Positions 56,509 through 64,000 of a stretch of DNA of 64,000 nt are shown piece after piece (within the stretch, counting starts at the first letter, position 1; each line of letters starts with the position of its first letter). The stretch lies in the IMG/VR virus record IMGVR_UViG_3300011587_000017, positions 1-64,000 of that record; one strand, written 5' to 3'. Under the pieces are notes generated by a model. That model saw only the letters and a list, made by a program, of their open reading frames with translations. It did no database searches and was not told the DNA's origin. Source of the DNA: an uncultured virus (IMG/VR IMGVR_UViG_3300011587_000017). Lineage: Duplodnaviria; Heunggongvirae; Uroviricota; Caudoviricetes. A program made the translations under genes and the position numbers.

Positions 56509-56889
56509 TCAGTCAGCTAGGGAAAGCCTTACAGTGCCGCCTGAAACGCTCACGAACGCCTTTGCCTGCGTCCAATCGAGGTGGGCGAACGGGCGGTACT
56601 GCCCGAACATGCTAAATTCTCCGAGGCCATCACGATGAATTCCGTCCAAATCGAAGCGCTCGATTTTGAATCGTGGCTCGTACAAATCGACAAGCATCCA
56701 GATTGTGTTTATCCAAAGAAGAACGTTGGGCTCATTGGCATTTTGGCCTAGAAGGCGGAGACCGGGATTGCCGAACCATTCGTGCATCCAGCGTTCGCCT
56801 AGCCGTGTCGTAATAATCTTAGCGAGGCTCTGCTCGACGTGATCGTACCCGCCGAGAACAAGCCCGGTATCAGCGCTCATGCCTGGCAT
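56509..56889 (-). CDS. Baseplate W / gp25-like
   Basis: GM...TG...HV.QS...I.TT.LGER....FG; EPRF. Confidence 0.88.
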   Translation of the reverse strand: MPGMSADTGLVLGGYDHVEQSLAKIITTRLGERWMHEWFGNPGLRLLGQNANEPNVLLWINTIWMLVDLYEPRFKIERFDLDGIHRDGLGEFSMFGQYRPFAHLDWTQAKAFVSVSGGTVRLSLAD

Positions 56890-56898
56890 GGTGACCTC

Positions 56899-57162
56899 TT
56901 ATGGAATTCGGAAGAACGAACGGCCGGATGTGGTGTGACCACACGTGGCGGCATGGCCTTCGCGGCAAACCGGAATGCCTGAGACGCGGAACTTGGAAGT
57001 TCCTTGCGCCATTACCGGGCTGGTGTGTGGTGGTTCGCCATGTCCTGCGACACGGTCTCCAACCACTACAAGAGCTTGCCCTCGGATCTTAAACTTAGCC
57101 GCCTGCATGCCCAGCTGTACGCCACCTGCAAAATCGACACCTACGCAAGCGACACCTGGCAT
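56899..57162 (-). CDS. PAAR-like spike tip
   Basis: VGD.V..HG..PH, G.PVCR.GH.ATCGH. Confidence 0.85.
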   Translation of the reverse strand: MPGVACVGVDFAGGVQLGMQAAKFKIRGQALVVVGDRVAGHGEPPHTSPVMAQGTSKFRVSGIPVCREGHAATCGHTTSGRSFFRIP

Positions 57163-57170
57163 GAAACACC

Positions 57171-57659
57171 TCAGTCAAATTGATAATCGTTTGCGACCGC
57201 TTTCAGGCCGCCTCCAGATAGTTCAAAGGTTGTGCTTCCACTCTCGACCAGTAGCCGAGGAAGCTTCAGCACAAGCTCTCCGTTGCGCAGCTCAATACGG
57301 ACATTGCCGAACGTGATGACATGCTCGTCTCCCTTCTCAGAGGGCGATTGATTGTCATCGGACCAGTGAAGCGAGCGTGCTGTCCCCTGCTCCACATCGC
57401 CACTGTCTGACGAGATTTCCATCGTCTGGCCGCCAGACGGCGCCGAATGGACTTTCAAAGCCCCAGCCGTCTGCGCATATGGAACCCATGGCGACAGAAC
57501 GTCTTTTCCGTCGTCATCCTGACCAATAATCAAGCGAACCTTGCCGGCTTTGGGATCGATATGATCCGGCGAGACTTTGCCTTTCATCGATACACCGCCC
57601 ATGCGGCGCTGGACGTCGACAAGCTGCTCCATCAGGGACTGGAGAAATTCAAGTGCCAT
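57171..57659 (-). CDS. Baseplate spike V
   Basis: SPWVPY.Q.AG.......PS.GQ. Confidence 0.85.
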   Translation of the reverse strand: MALEFLQSLMEQLVDVQRRMGGVSMKGKVSPDHIDPKAGKVRLIIGQDDDGKDVLSPWVPYAQTAGALKVHSAPSGGQTMEISSDSGDVEQGTARSLHWSDDNQSPSEKGDEHVITFGNVRIELRNGELVLKLPRLLVESGSTTFELSGGGLKAVANDYQFD

Positions 57660-57661
57660 GG

Positions 57662-58423
57662 TCAGCCCCCGTCTTGATCGGGCCTTTGCTCCACGAGATT
57701 AACGCCTTGCAAAACAGGCGTTTCCTCAATCATTACGGGCGCAAAGCCGGTGGTTTCGAGCTCAGAGTATGTCAGCGCATGATTTGCGCGGAACTTTTGA
57801 TAATCCAGCACATCATCCGGAGATTCGATTGCTGCTTTGATATAATCAGCGACAATCGCACCATCAGGAGTGGCGCGTAGTAAAGTGTCGAGCTGAAGCC
57901 ATGCGGCATACAGCGGCTTGCCAAACATTGGCTCTTCAACGGCCATAAGTTCGTAAGTCAGCTCAAGTGTCGGGATGCGTACGCCGGTTTCGATTTCAAG
58001 CAATACAAACCGAGACTTTTTCGAAGTGATCCTTGGAACGAGACGGCGCCAGAGAGCAATCCAGTCATCGTGGCCGTAGTGCATCGACGCGTCGATCTGC
58101 CTGCCTAGCAAGTTTAGGGCAAAACCAGCCTGTGCGGCCCCGAGCTCTGCGCTTCCGTCAGGAACGAGAATACCAGCCGGTGGCAGATAAGCGAAAACGT
58201 TCATGGAAACGCTCTGCATTCCACTTTGGGTTTCGCGTCCCGATGGGTTCCCGGCGACCTCATCACAGTAGACCGCAATGACCGGTAAAGGTGGGCGCCC
58301 GTCAGCACGGAGCACGTCTGCCAGCGGATCGACTGGCTGCTCAGAAACTCGATCAGCGGCCCATGTCCGGTCGGTCACCATCTTCCGAAACGATGTAACG
58401 AGCGCTTGGGAGAGAATGCTCAT
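57662..58423 (-). CDS. Tail completion/terminator-like protein
   Basis: Position between neck and baseplate V; T.A.DRV...P.I.VY. Confidence 0.5.
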   Translation of the reverse strand: MSILSQALVTSFRKMVTDRTWAADRVSEQPVDPLADVLRADGRPPLPVIAVYCDEVAGNPSGRETQSGMQSVSMNVFAYLPPAGILVPDGSAELGAAQAGFALNLLGRQIDASMHYGHDDWIALWRRLVPRITSKKSRFVLLEIETGVRIPTLELTYELMAVEEPMFGKPLYAAWLQLDTLLRATPDGAIVADYIKAAIESPDDVLDYQKFRANHALTYSELETTGFAPVMIEETPVLQGVNLVEQRPDQDGG

Positions 58424-58821
58424 TTCTTTACCTCGCAAACACAGACGATGCGTCCAAGTTCGTCCGGATCGGCTCGTGTGACGCGAAGTCTAAAGTTTTG
58501 TGGGCGATCCATCGTTTCGATGACAGTGCCATCTACGGGACGATCGGAGGGGTTTTTGAATGCGTACTGATCGTAAGAGACAATAATCTTGTCGCCAGCG
58601 AGCGACGGAATGAACCCGTCGTATCTTCCGCGATCCTGCATTTGTGGAATCGTTGGCGTGAAATCAACCACGCCAACGACTTCAAGGGGCTCACGTTCAG
58701 GGTCCGGCGCTGCAGCGACAAATTCCGCTTTTTTATAGTGGGTTACGAGCGTGCGCTCACCCATGACGTCATCGACGCGGTCGGAAATTAGCCGCTCGAA
58801 TTCGGCGAACTTACTGAACAT
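58420..58821 (-). CDS. Head-tail joining protein
   Basis: Follows the capsid; D..MGE and PD..GR motifs. Confidence 0.55.
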   Translation of the reverse strand: MFSKFAEFERLISDRVDDVMGERTLVTHYKKAEFVAAAPDPEREPLEVVGVVDFTPTIPQMQDRGRYDGFIPSLAGDKIIVSYDQYAFKNPSDRPVDGTVIETMDRPQNFRLRVTRADPDELGRIVCVCEVKK

Positions 58822-58830
58822 GTGAGATCC

Positions 58831-59853
58831 TTAGAGCTTGCCCTTCAGCAGAACGCGCGGACGGGTGCAGACGTGAAGACTGTTGGTCTGCACTTCGAGG
58901 TGCACACCCTTGTCATTCAGCATTCGGTACTGCTTGGCATAAACGCGGCGACCCGGCGTATTCACGGTTTCGATGTAGTCGGCCGGCGAACGGATCGACT
59001 TGAAGAGGCCACGCACACCCATTGGGAAGAGCTGGACCTTGTCCTTCTCAATGAAGTCGGTTCCATTTACGGAGCCACGGTAGTTTTCGAAGACGATATT
59101 ACCAAACTCGAAAATTCCGTAAGTGGAGCGATTTGGCCCGAGATAACCTTCGCGCAGAATTTGAGCGTCAGACCAGCCCTTATATGTTTCACGCACTTCG
59201 ACGTTTTTCAAAAGCGCGTCAAAGAAGTCATCACCGCAAAGAGCGTGGATTCCGGTGAAGCGCAGGGCTCCAAGTTCATCCGAAACAGTGCGGACAAGCT
59301 TGGAGCAAGTCGCGCGTAGTGCACCATCCTTCGCGGTCCCCAACGCGAAATTGATTTCAGGAATGCGCGTAACGCCAAATTCCTTAAACAAGTCCGTTGA
59401 GCTGCCATCGGCATAAACGATAGTGCCCTTAACAGCGCCCATGCGTGCATGTTCTTCCGTCGCAGCTACACTGTCGTTGTGCTCGCTCAGGCGGCCAGCG
59501 ACCTTATCGGAGAGCTGTTCAAGCTCGCTCGTGGTGCCAAACTTGCGAATGCCCTGCACTTCTTCCGCATAGATTGCGTCGTCAATCTGGAAATGAGGCA
59601 CTTCAAGGGCGCGCATTTCGCGCTTCTTCTTATCTGTAGTGACGCCTGGACCACCGCGCGGAGTCGGCTGGATAAGCGTCAGCTGTGTGCCTCGCTTTTC
59701 AAAGCTTGCCAACGTGGTTGAGATCGAATCTTCAGCGAAGATGCCCAGCTCGCCAAGGCGGCCAGGGACAAATTGCAGATCTTCGATAGTGTCGGTGAGC
59801 GAATGAAGCGAGAACGCGTCGTCGTTGAAGGCGTCAAGTGTAAGTTCAGCCAT
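58831..59853 (-). CDS. Major capsid protein, lambda gpE family
   Basis: DAFS..SLT..I, T.EH.R.GA.KG, PAD..ETVNT.G, QTN.L..CTRP. Confidence 0.93.
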   Translation of the reverse strand: MAELTLDAFNDDAFSLHSLTDTIEDLQFVPGRLGELGIFAEDSISTTLASFEKRGTQLTLIQPTPRGGPGVTTDKKKREMRALEVPHFQIDDAIYAEEVQGIRKFGTTSELEQLSDKVAGRLSEHNDSVAATEEHARMGAVKGTIVYADGSSTDLFKEFGVTRIPEINFALGTAKDGALRATCSKLVRTVSDELGALRFTGIHALCGDDFFDALLKNVEVRETYKGWSDAQILREGYLGPNRSTYGIFEFGNIVFENYRGSVNGTDFIEKDKVQLFPMGVRGLFKSIRSPADYIETVNTPGRRVYAKQYRMLNDKGVHLEVQTNSLHVCTRPRVLLKGKL

Positions 59854-59867
59854 GTCTAGCGTACTCC

Positions 59868-60251
59868 TTAGCGTACAACGATGCCGACACCAGCGAGCTG
59901 CGCCTTTTTGGCGGCCTTCGCTGCGTCATCCGCAACCGTCGTATCGTACTGAATGATGTGGGAATTGACGGTTGAGCCGCGCACGAGAGCCGAAACGGCT
60001 ACGTCAGCTTCTGTTGCATCAACGCCGTAGATGTTGATTGCGGAAGCCACTTCGGCGCCTTCCTTGCCTTCGACCGCACTGGCCGGGGAAGGAATAAACT
60101 TTCCTGACGTGGTAACAGCGCCCAACACGGTGCCTGGTTCAACCTTGCCAGTCCCTGCCGGAATTACGATATTGTCACGAGAAAAGCTTACGCCAAGCTC
60201 TTCCATGATGAATTCGGCCGCGTGACGGCCTTCTGTTAGAACTCTCGCCAT
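59868..60251 (-). CDS. Head decoration protein (gpD-like)
   Basis: SRD.I.I..G...GTVLG...SGK...G.E.A. Confidence 0.85.
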   Translation of the reverse strand: MARVLTEGRHAAEFIMEELGVSFSRDNIVIPAGTGKVEPGTVLGAVTTSGKFIPSPASAVEGKEGAEVASAINIYGVDATEADVAVSALVRGSTVNSHIIQYDTTVADDAAKAAKKAQLAGVGIVVR

Positions 60252-60258
60252 TGGTTCC

Positions 60259-61476
60259 TCACTTGTTACGCTTGGCGTTGATTTTTGCGGCTGATGCTCG
60301 CATAGGGTTCGGCCGCTCTTGGCTGGCCTCTGGCTGTCCGAAGCCGAGCGCGCCTGCGTCTTGCTTCCGCTGCTGGTAGCTCTCTTTACCCGGAGTGGAC
60401 TGTGCAGCCGCTGGCGCTTTGTCCTCCGCCACAGCTGCAAGAACGGCCGCTGCAGCTTCAGCGCCAAGATCGGTGTCGAAAGCGAGCGCTGATGCGGTTG
60501 CAGGGAACTGCTTGCCCAGATCAGAAGTCACGATCGCCCGGATACGATCTTTCTGGTCTACGGCCGCAGGCGCCTGCGATTCCGGCACCTGCTCGGTGCC
60601 AGTCTTGTTTTCTGTTGCTACAGGGGCCTTATCAGCCATTGAAGCTTCTCCCTTGATGGAAATTTTAGTGGAGGTGTTTGGGGTGGACTTCTGAAGGTCA
60701 GCTAGAACCTGTTCGAACTGTCCGACTTTATCAGCCATGCCGAGGGCTACGGCTTTTGCGCCGATCTCGACCCCGCCAGAACCGAATTTCTGCTTAACGG
60801 TGTCTTCAGACACCCCGCGGTTACGCGCTACGGCCGAGATGAAGACCGTTTCTAGGTCGTCAACCATTTGCTGGATACGCGCGCGACCTTCATCAGTTTC
60901 TACGTCCGGACGCTTTGCAGGCGCGTTTGAAGAGACAATTTCAGTTGCCTTCTCGCCGGTCTTTGGAATGGTCATAACCACGCCAATCGAACCAACCATT
61001 GAGCTTTCGCTGATCACAATTTTGTCTGCTGCTGACGCGATCCAGTATCCAGCGGAGCAAGCCGCGCCGGAAACGTAGGCAGTGATCGGCTTTTTCCCGC
61101 GAGCGTCAAAAACGGATTGCGCAAACTCATCGCAGCCAGAAGCGACTCCGCCTGGCGTGTCCATATACAAGGCGATACCCTTGATCGAAGGGTCATCCAG
61201 CGCCGCCTGAAAGTCGCGGTTCAATATCTCGTATGACATCGCACCGCAGACATCTACGAACAGATTACCCCGTTTGAACAACGCGCCATGAATATTGAGA
61301 ATGGCAACATCACCACGACGCGCCGCACGTTCGGTTCGCTCCAGGGGACGGGAACGGTATTTTTCCAGAACTTCGGGCGTCCATTCCTTCTCTCGCGCCG
61401 CAATGCCGAGGATATCTTCCAGGTTTTGCTGCACAATGAGCCATGGCGCCGAAAGCGCAGCTTCCAATACTTTCAT
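60259..61476 (-). CDS. S49 capsid maturation protease/scaffold (gpC-like)
   Basis: DTPGG, ACSAGYWIAS, VGSIGV; Ala-rich scaffold tail. Confidence 0.92.
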   Translation of the reverse strand: MKVLEAALSAPWLIVQQNLEDILGIAAREKEWTPEVLEKYRSRPLERTERAARRGDVAILNIHGALFKRGNLFVDVCGAMSYEILNRDFQAALDDPSIKGIALYMDTPGGVASGCDEFAQSVFDARGKKPITAYVSGAACSAGYWIASAADKIVISESSMVGSIGVVMTIPKTGEKATEIVSSNAPAKRPDVETDEGRARIQQMVDDLETVFISAVARNRGVSEDTVKQKFGSGGVEIGAKAVALGMADKVGQFEQVLADLQKSTPNTSTKISIKGEASMADKAPVATENKTGTEQVPESQAPAAVDQKDRIRAIVTSDLGKQFPATASALAFDTDLGAEAAAAVLAAVAEDKAPAAAQSTPGKESYQQRKQDAGALGFGQPEASQERPNPMRASAAKINAKRNK

Positions 61477-61490
61477 TGGATTTGTCCTTG

Positions 61491-61751
61491 TCAGTAGCGA
61501 GAGCCGGCCGTGATCGCGCGTCTTGGACCGCGACGGCCGTGGATCGCTGCGCATTCGCTCTCAAGTTGGTTGACGAGGGATTCCAGCGACGAAAGATCCG
61601 CCGCCTTCATCTCAACGGATCGGTCTCGAAAGGAGACGCGCGTTGTTTGCCCTTCGACCTTCAATTTGATCAATGCGGGCCGAAGCACTTTCAGCGCCGC
61701 ACATGGATCATAGGTCTCCTCACCGAAGAGGGCGTTATAGTCGATCGCCAT
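61491..61751 (-). CDS. Head completion protein (gpW-like)
   Basis: G....V.F.DRSVE...DL..L; next to portal. Confidence 0.7.
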   Translation of the reverse strand: MAIDYNALFGEETYDPCAALKVLRPALIKLKVEGQTTRVSFRDRSVEMKAADLSSLESLVNQLESECAAIHGRRGPRRAITAGSRY

Positions 61752-63451
61752 TAGTCGTCCTCTTCCTTGTCGGGATCATTTTCCGGCCGGCCAGCGCCTT
61801 TACGAGATCGGCCGGGGATCTTACTTCGATCACGTTTTTCGCCGGGTGGTTGGCCGGGGTCTTTCAATCCGAGCTCGGTATCGTCCCTGCCCTGATCGAA
61901 TGCCTCCTGCTCCGTGTTACGCCACGGCTCTGGAAGGCCAAGATCACGGTAGTAAGCATTTTCTTCGGACTGCTGGCGCGCTACATCATCCCAGTCTTCG
62001 CCATATGCTGAGCTGATGGCGGAAAGGGTCGTGACGCCCATTTCTTTGAGAACTTGGTACGCACGGGCAGTTTTGAACTCATCTGCCTGTGGACGGGCTG
62101 GTCCGCTCCAATTCGCGGTGCAAGCGGCATCTTTGTTTTCGAGAAACTTATCGATACCACCGGGGAATTCGAGTTTCCCCGTCATTACCATTTCCTCTAG
62201 CCAAGCCTCATAAACAGCCTGACAGAAAGGAATAATGATGTTGTTGCGACGGCGCATGACAGTTAGCCATTCATTGGCACCCGCCATGCGAACTGAAGAG
62301 TATGTCGCGCCGCGATAGTCGCCGGTGAGCGATTCATAGGAAATGTTGAAGCCAGCAGCGATTTCTCGCAGTAGCCATCCCATAAACGAGTCGTATTGCT
62401 GCCCAGGCTGCTTTGCTTCAGTGAATTGAAGCTCGTCATTCGGGAAAAGATGAGCGATGCGGCCGTGTTGCGTAAGGTCGATCTGCGAACCGTCGTACCA
62501 TTCACCTCGAGCGGCGCCAAAATCTCTGATGTCAAAATCAGTGCTCTTCTGAGCGTCTCGATCCGTAAACAAGCCATCAAAAGCCGCGATACCTTTGATA
62601 TCGGTCTTTAGCGTTGCGGCAAAAATTGTCTGGATTAACGCGCTTGTGAGCGTAGCATCGGCATATTGATCGACCTGACGAGTCACTTTCAGGACATTCG
62701 CGATAGGAGATATACCGCGAGTAGTACTGATAGCCGGATCGAAATAGTGAAGTACATTTCGCCGACCGTCTCCGTCGCAAGCTTGGATTTCAACAGCATC
62801 TTCCGTCCCAACGCCCGCAGGCTTGCGACGAATGAGATAAGATTGCGGACAACCCCAGCCATCGACTTTGACGCCTTGATAAAGGCCGCCCTCCATATCA
62901 TTACGGTTTTCGAGACGAGACGGAGGCAGCAAGGCTACCTTCGTCATGGTTTTTGTATGCGGACGATCAATAAGAGGCAGAAGCCCAAGGATCTCCCCAT
63001 AGGCGAGATATGAGGCGTACGCCGCTTGCTGCTGCATGTAGAAGTTCATGCGTCCACCCGCGTCGCATTCACGCGGATTGATCGCCCAGAGATAGAACTT
63101 GGAACCGACCTTACGGCTCCATTTATTCGCCTGCTTTGCCGTCCAACCGAGAGTCACAGCATCCGGCCGGGGCGCCAGCTTGAGACCATCCCCGACAACA
63201 CCGCCTGTACTGACTGCAACACCATTCCCGATGAAACCGGAATTCTGGATACTATCGATCGCGCGGGCAGCGGCCTTTTCCCACGAGTTTTGGATGTCGA
63301 CGTAGCCTTCACGCAACGCCGGCCGCCATGAAAACATGAGCGGATTTTTCTCACCCTTGAAGTAAGCCGCCTGTGGCTGCGGATATGGCAGCGGCGCGCG
63401 CGATACAGCGGGCACGCGGTATCGCGGCTTCTCAATGCTTGCTTCAGCCAT
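61751..63451 (-). CDS. Portal protein, lambda family
   Basis: VVG.GL, CDAGGR.NF, RGISP, SYE.LTGDY...YSS.R. Confidence 0.93.
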   Translation of the reverse strand: MAEASIEKPRYRVPAVSRAPLPYPQPQAAYFKGEKNPLMFSWRPALREGYVDIQNSWEKAAARAIDSIQNSGFIGNGVAVSTGGVVGDGLKLAPRPDAVTLGWTAKQANKWSRKVGSKFYLWAINPRECDAGGRMNFYMQQQAAYASYLAYGEILGLLPLIDRPHTKTMTKVALLPPSRLENRNDMEGGLYQGVKVDGWGCPQSYLIRRKPAGVGTEDAVEIQACDGDGRRNVLHYFDPAISTTRGISPIANVLKVTRQVDQYADATLTSALIQTIFAATLKTDIKGIAAFDGLFTDRDAQKSTDFDIRDFGAARGEWYDGSQIDLTQHGRIAHLFPNDELQFTEAKQPGQQYDSFMGWLLREIAAGFNISYESLTGDYRGATYSSVRMAGANEWLTVMRRRNNIIIPFCQAVYEAWLEEMVMTGKLEFPGGIDKFLENKDAACTANWSGPARPQADEFKTARAYQVLKEMGVTTLSAISSAYGEDWDDVARQQSEENAYYRDLGLPEPWRNTEQEAFDQGRDDTELGLKDPGQPPGEKRDRSKIPGRSRKGAGRPENDPDKEEDD

Positions 63452-63457
63452 GAACAC

Positions 63458-64000
63458 CTACCCATGAAGTCTTTTGGAGAGCTCACGCAGGCTCGGACGG
63501 GCCGATGCATTGCTGCCTTTGAGCTGTTCGTATCGTTTTTCGTACTCGAAACGGCAAAGGTTCTTGGCGGCCAAGGCATAGACAGTGCAGTCTAATGCTT
63601 CAGCACGCTTCTTTCCGATGCGTTCGAACGAGATGACCGGTCGGCCTTTGACGTACTTGATCTCGCGTCGCTCCGACGTGAACTGGTCAAACCATTCAGG
63701 CTGGAGCGTATTCGAGTACCGAAACGACTGCTGATCGCCCTTTTCCAAGGGCAAATTGACCAAAATGTCGGTTTTTACGGTATCAACACCCACGATATAG
63801 AGAGTGGCAGTACGGTTTCGCCGTTTGTTGCGGCTTGCCCGAAGAACCGGATGTGGTCCGGCCTGACCTTTAATGGCGACGATGCGTCGTGCCATCGTGT
63901 ATTCGCAAAAGTCATAGACGCGTTGCGTCATATTACCGTCGCCGGAGTCGACGCATGCCGCTTCGACACCAATTTCACCGCCGAGCGGATGCTTCCATCT
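63458..64000 (-). CDS. Terminase large subunit GpA, C-terminal part (truncated by window edge)
   Basis: Frame open to the edge; CVDSG, AIKG, VGVD..K, R.EALDC.VYA.A. Confidence 0.9.
   Translation of the reverse strand, partial: RWKHPLGGEIGVEAACVDSGDGNMTQRVYDFCEYTMARRIVAIKGQAGPHPVLRASRNKRRNRTATLYIVGVDTVKTDILVNLPLEKGDQQSFRYSNTLQPEWFDQFTSERREIKYVKGRPVISFERIGKKRAEALDCTVYALAAKNLCRFEYEKRYEQLKGSNASARPSLRELSKRLHG

Larger units (their letters stand above)
37393..64000. mobile_element. Prophage 2, lambda-like head with P2-like contractile tail (continues right of the window)
   Basis: Integrase, lysis, gpD/X/U, TMP, tube, sheath, baseplate J/I/W/V, PAAR, gpE capsid, S49, portal, GpA. Confidence 0.92.

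Noticed and set aside
42557..57659. T6SS, tailocin or extracellular contractile injection system
   Set aside because: Contiguous with capsid, portal, terminase, lysis and integrase genes, so it is a phage tail

Overview
The window is almost entirely prophage DNA from an alphaproteobacterium of the Rhizobiales (Ochrobactrum/Agrobacterium-like host is an inference from gene content, a GapR-like gene and a GTTC-N7-GTTC SOS box). Two different temperate phages sit in tandem. Prophage 1 (about 1-37340) is an HK97-head siphovirus. It has surface-modification morons, a lysis cassette, tail and head genes, terminase/cos, a NusG-paralog late regulator, replication, immunity region, three methyltransferases and an excisionase-like gene. 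Prophage 2 (about 37393 to beyond 64000) has a tyrosine integrase, a lysis cassette, a P2-like contractile tail and a lambda-like head. The two are joined by the 3' half of a tRNA-Arg(CCG), the att core. The best novel candidate is in the prophage 1 immunity region. The CI repressor has no autocleavage domain. A promoter covered by a LexA box points back into cI and drives a 61-aa ORF resembling CI's own C-terminal helices, a possible SinI-like mimic antirepressor. Other notable signals: an RBS-sequestering inverted repeat before an O-acyltransferase next to an SGNH-esterase tail fibre, structured RNA leaders on the early and late transcripts, a ParB-MT-A70 fusion, and two programmed -1 frameshifts. 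All calls come from reading motifs by eye; no database searches were run.
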